A stretch of 64,000 nucleotides of DNA, from NCBI RefSeq assembly GCF_009914755.1, contig NC_060941.1; one strand, written 5' to 3'. The DNA is from the human T2T-CHM13v2.0 reference genome, Homo sapiens. Below, in pieces: positions 29,955 through 44,086 of this stretch (positions are counted from its first letter, which is position 1; every line of letters starts with the position of its first letter). The notes under the pieces are model-generated. The model worked only from the letters and a program-made list of their open reading frames with translations, made no database searches and had not been told where the DNA came from. A program made the position numbers and the translations under genes.

Positions 29955-30610
29955 CAATTTTGATTGAGTGTCTTCAACATGTCAGGTGCTGTGTTAGGCA
30001 CTGGGGGATATAAGATGGACAAGACTCTCACTTTCATGAAACATACATTTCAGTGGAGGGTTGAGGGGAAAACACTCAGATGGCAAGCAAATAACAAACA
30101 TAGCAGAGAGTTCTCTTTGCTATGAAGAAAATTTCCACTAATGTAAGAGAGACTGCTTGGGGCTACTTTCTTTTTTATTATTTTATTATTTTTGTTTTTT
30201 GTTGATCTTCCCTTGAGTTGCAACTTGGGGCTACTTTTGATGGGGGTGGTAAGGCAAGTCTCTCTCAGAAGCTGGTTTTGAAGCTAAGCCCTGAATGAAG
30301 GAAGAGGCCAGCTGTGTGCAGATATGGGAGGTAGTCATTCCCGAGAGGGAGCAGGCAGTGCAAAGGCCCTGTGACGGGACAGAATTTGGTAGTTCAAGAC
30401 TCAGAAGGAAGACAGGTGTGATGGCACCTGGTGTGTTGGGGAAGAGGCAGATGGGCCACGCAGAGCCTTGTGAACCAGGGGAAGAAGTTTGAATTTTCTT
30501 CCAAGTGCCGTGGAAAGCCTTTGGAAGGTTTTAAGCAGACAAGTGACAAGATCAGTGTTTTTAAAGGTCACTCAGATTTTTCTGTAGAGACTGGATAGTG
30601 GGGAGCTAGG
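29955..30610 (-). mobile_element. L2 (L2a/b-like) fragment
   Basis: TGTGTTAGGCACTGGGGATA...GCAGTGCAAAGGCCCTG...GGAAAGCCTTTGGAAGGTTTTAAGCAG. Confidence 0.85.
30170..30223 (-). mobile_element. Tiny retroposed insertion (20-nt body plus A-rich tail)
   Basis: 14-bp TSD CTTGGGGCTACTTT at 30156-30169 and 30224-30237; T-rich tail 30170-30203. Confidence 0.7.
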
Positions 30611-31204
30611 AGCACCAAAGGTGATCTGGCTTTAATGCCCAGCTCAATTCTTCTGTCGTACACCTCTAATCCACTGTCTTCCTCCCCTGAGCTACTCGTG
30701 CACTTAAAGTCAATACAGCATGCTCACCACTTAATTAGAAAATCGTTTCTGCACACTAAAGAGACCTCCCCAGCCAGGGAGGGCCTCAGGGCTATGCTGT
30801 CTCACGTAAGTCTCCTTTGGAATGCCCCTCGGTCCTTGGGGATGGATTCATTGCCCTTCCAATGGGACTGAGTGATGGATTCATGTTTTATGTGAAATTG
30901 TCGGAGGGGTAGGGGGTAAGCCCATCCCTCCTAGAAAAAATTTTATCCATCCAGGAACTGCCACACTCTTAATAGGAGACTTGGGGGATTTGCTCTACTA
31001 TACACATGGGAAACTGAAGCTCTGAGAGGTTGTGGGGCCTTGAATAAGGGTCAGAGCCCAGGTCTGCTGGACCACAAAACCCAAAACTTCCATGCTGGAG
31101 GTGGAGGGTTAGCTCTTGGAATGAATGCATGCCTGAAAAATCTATAACTGAGTGATGAAGCAATTAAAAGCAGAAGGTTCCTAATGGATTGTGGAAGCGG
31201 GTAT

Positions 31205-31444
31205 CACTGTATAGTGTAGTGGTTCCGAGCTTTGGAATGAGATGAACCTGGGGATGAATACAGGCGTGGCCGTGGGCAAGCGACTTGACCTCACTGAGTC
31301 TCTCAATATGTTGATCTGTAAGATGGGAAGAATAAGAAAGTAACTACCTCACATGGGGGCAGTGAGGGTTAAATGAGAAAATTCACAAAAGGGGCTTAGT
31401 AGAGCCTGTGGCACAGAATATGCACTCAGTAAATATCTTCTATT
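31205..31444 (+). mobile_element. MIR, near full length
   Basis: TAGTGTAGTGGTT...GGGCAAGCGACTTGACCTC...ATCTGTAAGATGGG...TACCTCAC...TTAAATGAG...TGGCACAG. Confidence 0.85.
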
Positions 31445-32909
31445 GAAAATAGACTGGGACTGGGAACAGATTATGGAAGGAGGAATGTGTGTTCACAAAT
31501 GTGTGGGAAAACCTTTTGTACTTGTGTTCTGGCTATTGGGTTCTCCAAAAAGTATGGACTAAAGAAAACTGATGCTCTGCTGGGTGGATGTGGGGAGAGA
31601 GATCCAGCGTGGGCCTTGCTTTGCTAAGCTGAGTGTTAGAAGGCATGGGAAATGAAAGTTGAGAGGTTCAAGAGCCTGGGGCAGAGGAGCCCCTGGGTCT
31701 GGGCAGCCCATGCTCGCCGAGGAGGCAGGGGGGTGAGAGCAGGCAGAATTGGAGACTTGGGTGGAAGTGAAAGATGCCGCTTGCTGTGGGCATTCCAATG
31801 AAACCACTCCCTTGAATATGACAGCGGTTAATCATTAATATCATAAAAGTTTTAGAATTGGAGGGACTGAGGAGAGCATCTAGTTCTGCCCAAGGTCAGA
31901 CAGGGTTATTCTGCAAGCAGAGATGAGTACTGACAGTACTCTGGTTTTAGAGAAAACATTTTCCCCACCCTTCCTGTCCCTTCTCCTGGGTTGACTCCAG
32001 CAACTCACCTCTCCCAGCTGAGAAGTACTTGACATTGGATTCAAGGACATCAGAGACACTTACAGCCTGGAGCCTGGTGTGTGCATTGTTGATGAATCCC
32101 CAAGGTTGAGCCGAGACTTGGATGGTAGGTCAAGTGTCTGTTGAATATCAGCAGAAATATTTTCCATCTTCCTGATGAGGAGGGAATTTCAGGAAGAACA
32201 TTTTTGGTGTCTCATTTCTTGGGATTGCCTTTATCAATCGTGATGCATATTTTTGGGCAGTAACCTTACTTTTGGATTTATTTTATTCCCCATCCTAACT
32301 CATTTCTTCGTCTATTTTTATCGTGTTGTAGCTATTTTTGTAAGACACCTCCAATCCCTTTGGAACAAAATGAAGTGGAAATAAAGAAATGAAGTCTCTT
32401 GGCTTTTGCTCCCAGATCATCAGAAAGATGACTCAATGAGCCAGAGCTCTTTGATGCCAATAATGAACTTGGGTCAGGTCAGAACTCGAATTCCAATTGA
32501 AGGAGGGACTTGACAGTGGGACTGTCATTCCTGGGGATGATGGTTGGCAATAGGATGGATTGGGGGTTGAATTATTGGGGACATGCCTGGAGGGACTGGG
32601 GAGAGGAGGGAAAGAATGTTTTCAGCGGGTTGCCAGGTAGAATTCCAATGTTCACTGCAATGAACTTTTCTTCAAACTTTTGTCCTTGGCTCTCTTTTCT
32701 TCCGTATGGGACAGGGATGCATTTTTGGTGGCTTGTTAACAAGACAAAAATAAGGAGAGGGATGAGAAAAGGTAAACAGAGAACCCTACAAGTTCATGTA
32801 TTCTATGCCCTGCATTCTGTGTGGACCAAACAATTCCCAAAGAGGCCTAACCCAAAATAAGTTAGTATCCTGCTTCTAGTAGCCTGTGATAAAGTGCATC
32901 TTTTTTCTA

Positions 32910-33150
32910 CTTAACTTAATCAATAAATATGAAGTGCTTAATACCATGGAGAAGAAGGCAACAATGGTCTCACCTTCATGGGGCCTAATGTGGTGTGACT
33001 GACCAACATTAGAGACGCACGCAGAAAGCCGTGCACATGCACCCGTGTAATTACAAAGTGCCACAGGTGCTGTGAAAAGAAAGCACAGTGTGTCCTACAA
33101 GAGAGAAGGGGACCTTATTTGGATTGGGTGGTTATGGAGGGCCCCTTCTG
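32910..33150 (-). mobile_element. L2 fragment
   Basis: TCAATAAATATGAAGTGCTT...GGTCTCACCTTCATGGGG...GTGCTGTGAAAAG. Confidence 0.55.
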
Positions 33151-33880
33151 AACATGTTTGGCCTTCTTTGCAGCAGCCTCCACCTCCCAGCGCCTGGGAG
33201 ACAGTGCACCAGTAGAGGTGGGGTGGGGCAGGTGGTTTAGCCCGAGCTGGGGTGCCTGGCTGGGGACGTGCCCAGAGGAGTAGGGTGTGCGGAAGGCAGG
33301 ATGGGGTCCCCACAGCAAGCTTTCCTCTCCCTGACTGGGCCACCTGTTGCAAACAGTCAGGCCCCGAGGAATAGCCTCCCCCCAGGGGGAGTTCAGTAAC
33401 GGGTACCATTTCTCAGAAGGGGCTGGCCGCAGAGATAAGACCACAGTGCCAAGGGGGCCATAAATTGTTACCTGTGCCCTTCAGTTACCCCTTCTTCCTC
33501 CATCCCCTCCTTCCTGAGCCAGTGGGGTTAGATTTAGCAGCAGGGCTTCTGTTCATGAGATGGAGCAGAAAGCAGACTTTCTGGAGGCTGGGCATGATCA
33601 CTGAGATGCAGAGCACTGATAGGGAAAATCAATTTAATTTCTGTGGCTCCGTGACAAGGAGGGGTGGCAAGCAGGAAGGTCAGGCCTGTTTTGAAAGCCA
33701 CAGTTCAGTTAAGAAAATAAAACACTCCCTCTAAGGAATTTTTAAAAATACAGTATTTTAGGAGGGGGAAAATGGAAGTGGGTCAAGATGAGGGATTTAG
33801 TCGGAGGAGCAGAGCAGACCCATGGCAATCCCAGTCTGACCGGAGCCTAGGGCCTGAGGGTTGCAGGTCTCCCATAGGAA

Positions 33881-34152
33881 TTTTTTTTTTTTTTGAGACT
33901 GCGTTTGTTTCATTCTTGTTGCCCAGGCTGGAGTGCAATGGCGCAGGTTGCTCACTGCAACCCCCGCCTCCTGGATTCAAGCAATTGTCCTGCCTCAGCC
34001 TCCCAAGTAGCTAGGATTACAGGCACCTGCCACCACGCCCGGCTATTTGTTTTGCATTTTTAGTAGAAATGGAGTTTCACCATGTTGGCCAGGCTGGTCT
34101 CAAACTCCTGACCTCAGGTGATCCGCAGAGGCATAAGCCACCATGCCCGGCC
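33881..34152 (-). mobile_element. AluS (Sq/Sp-like) with left-arm deletion
   Basis: TCTTGTTGCCCAGG diagnostic; TSD TAGGAATTTT at 33875 and 34153. Confidence 0.93.
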
Positions 34153-34585
34153 TAGGAATTTTGTTGTATGTCTGTTGAGTTGAGTTGCTCAGGACTTGTT
34201 GCAGTAGGGGACACTTTCATTAGGTTTCTGTTTCCCGAGGCATGATTTAAGGCACATTTCTCCGTCCCTCTGGTTGATGCTGGGGAAGGCTTGGCTTCTG
34301 GCAGTTTTTGATTGCTCAGATCAAGCCTATGTGATTCATGGGATTTTACAGGTTGGAGGCTGAGAGGTATTTGTAGGTCTGGATGAGGATTTGCACTCAA
34401 CCTGGTTGTGGCATGTCGTAGTCAAACTATGGCCTCACCTGATTTAGAGGACGAGGAGGACTCTGCAGAAAGCACTTCCTTGGCTGTTGGTAGAGATTAG
34501 ATATTTGCGGGCAGAGAGTTGGGTCAACCCAAGCCTTCATCAACATCCCACAGGGACCTCCCTTGAGGTGACTTTCATTCATTAG

Positions 34586-34827
<242 letters not shown>

Positions 34828-35490
34828 AGGAGCTCACAGCATAGTAGAAGGCTCAGACTTTGGACTATTTCCTAAGAATCTGATAAGTGAATACATTTCC
34901 AGGATTCTTAGCGGATGGCCCGAAGTCTTGGGATAGTGTGTGAGGGCCAGAGGGGAAAATTGAAACAATGAAGAGAATTGAGAAATTCCTCATTGGAAAC
35001 TTCTGTCTGTGATGCTTGGGGTGGGATAAGAGGGGGGGTCTGTTCTAGCTAAGATTCAATACCAATGGTTATCTCTTTGATTATAGCTTAGGGTGAGGCT
35101 GAGTGATCTATCTCCACTGTTTGGTCTCCCCAGAGTTAGCTGTTTATTTCAAACCACCAGTCACTTGTGGTGTTTTGACCTAGAAGCCATGCAAGGCAGT
35201 TTGAACTGTGCTTGAAAGGGTGGGGAGGCAGGGCTTGTTCTGAACTGTGAGCTGAGGAGGCAGCGATGGGTGCCCTGTGCTCTAATAGAGGTCTGAGAAG
35301 TGAACTGGGTGGCCAGCTGGGTCTGCCTGCTGAGAGCTTGCTGGGGCACAGGAAGCCGTGCCCCTCATTCCCTTTGAAATAGCTTTGTGTTTGTCATTCT
35401 TGTGACTTGGATACCCTTTTGGACCCCGTATCTGTGGGCTTAGCATCAGTCAGATGCTGTTTATCAGACAGTCTTACCTGGGGTTTGTTA

Positions 35491-35493
<3 letters not shown>

Positions 35494-35553
<60 letters not shown>
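35494..35553. repeat. (GT)30 microsatellite
   Basis: 60 nt of uninterrupted GT. Confidence 0.98.
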
Positions 35554-35555
<2 letters not shown>

Positions 35556-36088
35556 CGTGGCTGGGTCAGACTGGATTCCTTGTTGAGCATCTAGCTAAAA
35601 GAGGTTAAGAGGAGGCTCATATACTGCTGAAGGCCAGAGGGCTTTGCTGAACGCTGGTCATCTTAAAAACGAGCTGGGCTATTTATAATTTGGCAGGCTG
35701 CCATGGGACTTGAATGAATGGCAGTCTGTGCAGGCTCACATACTCTGTGTACTGAGTCTGAGCGTGGGTTTGTTCATTTATGTGCCCCTGTGCATGGGTG
35801 TGGATGTGATTTCCTGGCGTGCAGGGTAAGGACTGAGGAGGTGGGGAAGCAGGTTTTGCCCTGGTCCTCTGGTCCGCCAAGAGGCCACAGGTACCCTTAT
35901 TTATGCCTGGGATGTTGGTGTTTCTGGTATTTTAAGCCACAGAAACGTTTGAGGGAGTAGACCTGGACTATCTCTTTTTACTCCTGAGGAAACTAGGCCA
36001 GAGGGGTTCCCTTGGGCTCAGAGGAGGCCTCGGGTCAGGGGCCATCCCGGGTGGGAGCTGTAGCTCTGGCCAGCTTGCTCCTGTCAAC

Positions 36089-36103
36089 ACTGCCCCCTGC
36101 CGC
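36089..36103 (-). promoter_or_regulatory. Candidate CTCF core motif
   Basis: Minus strand GCGGCAGGGGGCAGT matches CCRSYAGRKGGCRSY at 14/15. Confidence 0.45.
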
Positions 36104-37081
36104 TCTCCCAGGGCTGCAGGGACCTGGTCGTGCTGGAGACGGATGTTTTCAGGCAGCGCTTTGTAGGAGGCAGTGACGCTGGTAACCCACTAATGTGAGG
36201 ATGAAGTCTTTGTATTCTGTTTCCATTGACGGGGACGGGTTTGCAGAACCACCCACACCCTTGCCTGGGCCTGGTGACTCATGAGGACAAGATGGCTGAC
36301 CAAGGAGAGGGAGAGGTTCCACTCCCTCCAAGGCCCAGGGCTGACTCTTTTTCATGCATTTGGTGCTAAATTGCTGCCCTGAGGCTCTTGAATAGCTTGT
36401 ATGAACTCTGGTCCACCCCTCTTGCCTCTCCTAAATCCCTTGGGAGGTGTCCCCATGCCCTACACACTGCCTGCTCTGTCACCTCACCACCCTGCAACCA
36501 GCTGGGCTGGCTGGTTTTCACTGCTGGGAGGTAGATTTTTTTTCAAGAAGTATGAAAGTATCATTGGCATATAGACAGACCTCTGCACTCAGCTGGAACT
36601 GGGTTTTGAATCGCAGCTTCAGGACTCAATAATGTTGTAAATCTCTGAACTTCTTGGAGACTTTGTTTTAGGAAGACAGGACCCTATAAGACAAAGTCCC
36701 TCTGTGAGGTCCAGCACAGAAGGCATCTCTCACCAGGGTCCCTTTCTTTTCCCTTTTCTCTCAGCCTGATTCTGTGCTTTCTTTCTTCCTTTTCGTTGTT
36801 ATTTAAACTTATGCATGTAATTTCAGCCTCATAAGGGACATTATGTAGATTAATTGCCATATGGGAAGTACTTAAAGCATGTTGCCTGGCACACAGTAGG
36901 TGTGTAGCAATAGTAGTCATTGTTTTAGGCAAAGATGATGCCTGCAGGGGTTTCTTTCATTATTATTTCACTATTTATTTCATAATTGTAGCTTCATGGG
37001 GAGGACAGAAGGGTGAAGGGATCTCAGGGAGGCATTCTTCCCTTCACCCTGGAGACCTCCCTTGCTTGGCTGTACATTTAA

Positions 37082-37420
<339 letters not shown>

Positions 37421-38794
37421 AACACAGCTGATTTTTATAAACCTTCTAGAGACATTTGCCTTCTTGGTTTTTAAGCATAAACAACCTCACTTTTGTAAAG
37501 GGGAGTTGCTGTAAGATTCAGAACTTGGAGAGGTTTTTGTGTGGGCGTTTATTTTTCTTAAACAGCACGAGGTTTGTGGGATTCTATAGGGTTTTGTACA
37601 GCCTGACCAGCAGTTAGCCATCTCCCCTCCCCTTCTCCCGGAAGAAATGGGTGTTTTGTTCTCCACTGGCCTCTCCTCGTGTGTTTCTTCTTCTGGGAAA
37701 AAACCCACAACCCCAGGTTCTGTTGCCCAAGATGAGACTGGATGAAAATCAAGAGGGGTTGCTGACGAGACCCTGGAATGCCCAGAGAACAGAGGGGTGG
37801 GAGCGAGGGAGGCGGTGCTGGCCTGGGGCCATCTTACTCTTCCTTTCTTCCTGACAGGTGTGTAGAATGGCATCTCCTGCCGGCACGCTGGGGGCCTGGG
37901 ATACCTCTGGCAGACAGTGCTGGAAATTTAATGCTCCTTGAAACAGGAGAGCCTGAGAATGCTTACAAAAATCATCCTTATTAAAGTTTGAAGGGATGAA
38001 GAAAAGCGCTAATGGGAGAGACCCTATACTTACAAACCCACCTTGAAGGGGTTAGGGGTTACTTCCCACCTGCCAGCACCTTCCCTGCTCTGAGGAAACA
38101 GGAAACCTGATGGCTGGGGGCTTCAGGGCTCTGGGGACAGCTACCGTTTGCGGCCTGTCTGCCTGGCTGATGTCTGTGCCTGTCTGCAGCTGAAGGCCCA
38201 CTTAGGACAACAAAATCCAGCCAAGCCGGCTGGCTGGGGCTGAGTGGGGCCTTTTGGCTTCAGGTGACTTTGTGGCTTCGGCCTTGGGTAAAGGGAGTGG
38301 GGGGCCATGTGTGGAGCCCTCTGGAAGGTCTGGACTCCTGCTTTTCCTTGGCTCTTCTCGTTCTCCAACCACCCCCAAGGTTCAGCAGAGTCTTGGGCGC
38401 GTCTCCTCCGTTTGTGCCGCGTGTTTGTGGCAGCAGCTGTTGGTGCTGACTAATAGGACTTCCTGGCAGCTGTGCCGGGCACACGTGGCACCGGCAGGAA
38501 CTGCCTCTCCTCGGCTGCCCAATCTGTACCCCAACCACCAAAGAAAGGCCTGGAAAAGGGGCTGAGAGAGGCTGCTTGAGTGGGAAAGCCCTAGAACTTG
38601 GTGACTCACAGATCCATAGAACACGGTTGGAAGAACCAACTCCCATCTGCAGAGGGGAGCACTGGGTGCCTAGGAGGGGTCTCTCAGGTCGAAGAGCAAG
38701 TTAGGGGCTGAGCTGACACGTAAAACCCCATCTCCTCCCTGCCCCCTGAATGTGTTTGCTCTGCCCGTGTGAGACAGGCTTGTCAGGGGGTCAG

Positions 38795-38965
38795 CCTGAA
38801 CCGTGTCACTCACTAGCTGTGTCCTTGGGCAAAGCTTTTCACCTCTCTGTACCTCAGTTCCTCCAGAGACAAAAGGGGATCATCATTGTCCCTACCTTAG
38901 GGGCTTTTGAGGACAGGGTGAGCACCCAGGGCAACGTGCCTGGGACAGTAAACCTCAGCAGATGC
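38795..38965 (+). mobile_element. MIR
   Basis: CACTAGCTGTGTCCTTGGGCAA...CCTCTCTGTACCTCAGTTCCTC. Confidence 0.75.
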
Positions 38966-39388
38966 CACTTTGCTTTCTTCCTTACCAAAAACTGGGCAGA
39001 TGCCTCTCTCCTCCTGAGTCCAGTGGTGTCTGTGTCAGATGCCCTAACGGATTCTCAGGAATTGCAGCTGACATCCGGTCATCATCTTTGGTTTGGGGTG
39101 GATGGGGGCAGAGCCAGGGAAGAAGACAAGAAACGGGAGAACCTAAGTGCTTGCTGACTTCTGCCCCATTCCCCTCACCCCAAACCCTTTTTTAGAAAGG
39201 ACTCGAGAGGCCTTTTAGGGTCAAGATTACCAAGGCCTGAGTGACCCTGCAGAATTCCTGCACATGGCTAGGCATCCTTTGTCTGATAATGACAGCCACT
39301 GCTCACACAGCGTCTACAGTGCACCGTCAGCAGCCTTAGGAGGCAGATTCTATTATCTGCTCTAGTTTACAGGCAAGAACACAGCACG

Positions 39389-40005
<617 letters not shown>

Positions 40006-40999
40006 TCAGCACTCAAACAGGAGGACCCATCTCAGCTCCTGGCATTCACGGGGCATAGTTCCCCTTTTCTCCTCACAATGCTGAATTTTTAAAAAGTGGA
40101 GTGTTAGCATAGGAAGAGTAGCTGATATCTGGGCGTTTTTCATAGAAATTCCATGATGGATGTTTTCCCCAGGATGCACTGCCAGTGTCCCAAAGAGAGA
40201 CTTATCAGTTAAACCTGCCTGGCTCCAGAGGAGTCGCCGCAGACTTCCTGGTAAATACCCCCGAGCCAGGAATGCGTTTGTGAAATTTTTAGGAGATGAT
40301 CCCAGAAAAGCTTCCTTCGGTCACCAAGCCGCGTGTTTGTGTCTGGAGATGAAGTGTGTGAAGGAAGATGTTTGCTCCTGAAATGAGACATTTTGTACAT
40401 ACAAGCCTTTTATGTGACATTGAAGTCAGATGCTGAGCTGTCCGATGCTGGGGTTTGAAGGTGAAAGTTGACTTTACCTCCTGTAGTGACAAAGTTCTGT
40501 GTCAGCCTGAATTTCAATTTCCTGGGACTTTTGTCTGTCTACAGCTCAACATGGTATCCTCAGCACCTTTGGGGTCTTTCGTTGTGTTGTTTGTTTTTTT
40601 GGTGGTTAGGGGAGGGATGGGTTAGTGACAGGGCGGTGGGGGGGGTGCATTTAATCATTTATTCTTTTTAGTAGGTTTAATTGTATAAAGATTATAATGC
40701 ATACAAACGTCTGTAATTAGGGGAGTTGGTTCTATTAGACAATGTTTTAGTGAGGAAAATTACAGTGTTTATAAGCCGTTTAAGGAGGGGGCAGCATATA
40801 TTAACATGCAACTAGTTTTTGTGAATTCATACCGAGTACTTACCAGTGTTCCCCGGAGGTGTCTCCCCGAATTCCAAAGTGTGCCCCGTTCTATGTGCTT
40901 CCTGGGCTTCCTTCAGCAGAACCAGGCCATTTTTCAGAATATGGAACGCTATTCTAGGGGCTTAGGAGAGCAAACCTTGTTCTGTGACGGAATGAGTTT

Positions 41000-41500
41000 C
41001 GTTGATTCACGAGACAAATGTTTAGGAATGCCCTGTCTCTGCCAGGCACTGTTCCGGGTATTGGGGATACAGAGGTGAGTAAGACGGCAAGCTCTTTGCT
41101 CTCATGAAGTTTGTAATCTAATGGGGAGTCAGACTGGAAATGAGAAGACAAATACACGAACACACTCCTTACTGATACCGATCGGTGCAGAGGAAATGGA
41201 AGAAAGTGTTAGGCTGCAGAGGGACTGGGGAGTGGGGTGGGGTGTGTGTGAGGGTGTCGATTTAGGCATAGCCTTCAGAGAGGCATCTCTGGGGCAAGTG
41301 ATCATCCAAGGACAGGGAGAACGCACAGCCCATGCAGTTGCCAAGGCAAGAAGGAGCTTTGTGACTTCAGGGAACAGAAGGAAGGAGGGGGAGCTGGCGA
41401 CAGTGAGCAAATGAGGGGAGATGAGGTTAGCGAGGTGGCAGGACCAGATCATGGGGCTCTGCCAGGGGATGGTCGGAAGGAAGAATTCGCAGTGCCCTAA
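41000..41500 (-). mobile_element. L2 fragment
   Basis: TGCCAGGCACTGTTCCGGGTATTGGGGATACAGAGGTGAGTAAGAC...CTCATGAAGTTTGTAATCTAATGGGG. Confidence 0.8.
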
Positions 41501-42171
41501 GAAGCTAAAAGTGAAGGACCTACTGCAAGCAAAACAGTGGGATGTTCTGTCCCTGCACAGCTGGCCCCCTTTGGGGCTCTCTGCCACTTGGTCTCAATGT
41601 TAAAGGTGCCAAGCACGTAGAATAGGGCCTTTCCCTGTTTAGGCACCCACAGAAGTGCTTGACTGTCGATACCTTGAGGGACACCAGTTGGAGAAAAGGT
41701 CAAGCATCCGTTCAACTCTGGGAATGTTCTTAACAGTGCCACTAAGCTGTCAAAGAGATGCACTCACATGCTGTAGGAACATCATTGACTCTGAATGGCT
41801 CCATCTGGGAATAAAAAGCAGGGGCTCTGAAGGATGAGTGGGAGTTTGATAGAATGGATGAAAATGAGAAGAACTTTGCAGCAGAAGGAACCCACACGGA
41901 CAAAAGGCACAGTGTGTTAGACGAACACCAAATCATCTGGTGTGGCAAGAAATGAACCTTTTGGGAAGAAAAGCTGGGGTCAGGTTGGGGCACGCCTTGA
42001 AGCTTTGGACTTTATTGTGTAGCTACACTCACATATGCTTTGATGCAAGGTTGCTATGTAAAAGTTGCCTCCAAAAATCCATGCGCTGCAAAGAGATTGA
42101 CCGTCACCCTTAACAACAAAGCTGAAGCATCTCAGCTGCCACAGTACAAGTTTAGAAAATTGTTTAAAGTA

Positions 42172-42487
42172 TCATTTATTTATGTATTTAGAGATAGGGT
42201 CTCTCTGTATCACCCAGGCTGGAGTGCAGTGACGCGATCATAACTCACTGCAGCCTCAACTCCTGGGCTCAAGTGATCCTCCCACCTCAGCCTCCCAAGT
42301 AGCTAGGGCTATAGGTGTGTGCTGCCATGCTCAGCTGGTTTGTTTTGTTTCGTTATTTATTTATTTTTTGTAGGTATGATACCTCCCTATGTTGCCTGGG
42401 CTGGTCTTGAACTCCTGGTCTCAAGAAATCCTCCTGCCTCAGCCTCCCGAGTAACTGGGTTTACAGGCGCAAGCCACTGTGCCCAGC
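42172..42487 (-). mobile_element. AluJ
   Basis: GATCATAACTCACTGCAGCCTCAACTCCTGGGCTCAAGTGATCCTCCCACC J diagnostics. Confidence 0.92.
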
Positions 42488-43892
42488 TTAAGTTTTACAT
42501 TTTAAATCACGCTTCTCTGGAAGGGCGGCCCCTGGATAGGGGGGACCAGTTGTGGAGGACCTGTTCCATGTTTTATCTGAGTCCTGATCCTCCTGTCACA
42601 TGAGTACGGCCCAGCTGACACAGCTGTGCAGTCAAGCCCTGGGTTGGATGATAAGTATGTGGAGTGGCATGGGTGGGGGGGGTGTCTCAGGTTTTATAGC
42701 CAAACTCCCAGAAGCCCCTTTTCCCTCTTTGACAACTGGAAGTCCAGATGATCCAACCCTCAGAGGATGGATCATCCCCTGAGGAGTGCACGACCCAGTG
42801 CCTGCGTTCTATGCCATTGTCACTCTGGAACCACCTGCTTGGCTTCTGGAATGACACGTTTGATCATCGCTGTCTTCCTCTTATCTTTCCCCAGCCCCCA
42901 CTGACACTGACAATTTACTTCTGTCTTTGGGGCTATGAACCATGACAGGGGTGGAGAAGGAGTGGGGATAGAGATGAGACCAAGATACTTCTTGATATCT
43001 GTGGAAGCCTCAGATACCAAGAAGCCCTTCATCTGAAATATCACTGACGTGTCTCTCCTAGTTGGTTTGGAGCAAGTTGTGAGCACTGAGGACTATCAGT
43101 TTAGGTTTGAGCTGAAGGAGTGGAGATACATTTACAAGTTACTGAACGGGAGGCAGGCAGGCATCTGTGTGCCGCTTCCACACTGGGCAGCTGCAGGGCT
43201 CTCTGGTGGGCATCCTCCTTCTAGCCTTGCTGAAAGATGATTTGCTGGCATGAAATAAAGACGTCCCTAATTGTTTGGGGTGTGGGAAAGCAATCCCATG
43301 AGCATTAATTTGCCCAAGCCCAGAGTGTGTGAGAAAGTGCCTGCCTGACATGTTTTTCTTTTCCATTAACACTTCTGTGATAAACAGCTTAGATGCTCAG
43401 AGAAAAATTAATGAAACTATTGTAACAATCATGCACATGTAGGTAATTTATTAAGGACAATTAAAAAGCTTTAAAAATCATCCGTGAGGCAAAATGAACA
43501 GGAAGGTGGTGTGTGGCGGGTTTTGGCAGGGAGCCTGCCCGTGGGTGTACGGAACAGGTTTCTCTTCCCATCGCCCTCACCCCCATCAGAGCAACACAGC
43601 AGTGGAAAGCGTGGATTCCTGCTGTCCAGGCTGTTAGTAACAAACATTCCATGCTGGTTGCCTGTTGGGTGAAGCCAGGGAGATGTGTGACTGTGTGGTC
43701 TGGCTGTTCTGCTCTACCTTCCTTGGGACCCAGGTATGCTGGTTCCTGGGCCTCCCTTCCAGGAGCAGGAGCATGTTGGGTGACAACTTGGTTATTGGAC
43801 TTTTGTTGTTTGTGTTGGCTCTAGGAGCCTCGAAACCAGGTGAGGGGCAGCAAGGGAAGCCTAGAGAGGTTAAGGTGGCACTGTCATGACGA

Positions 43893-44086
43893 CACCAGCC
43901 ACTTACTAGCTTGGACCTTGGCCTCTCTGTGTAACGAGCCTGAGCCTCAGCTTCCTCATCTGCAAAATGGGGAGAATCGTTAGGAAGGAGTGGAGGATTG
44001 GAGCGAGGATCACACAAGATCATGCATGCTGAGGGCCTAGCGTGATGCCTGGCAGGTATGTAGTAAATGTTCAAATGTTTAATATT
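43893..44086 (+). mobile_element. MIR
   Basis: GCCACTTACTAGC...CTGAGCCTCAGCTTCCTCATCTGCAAAATGGGGA core. Confidence 0.8.
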
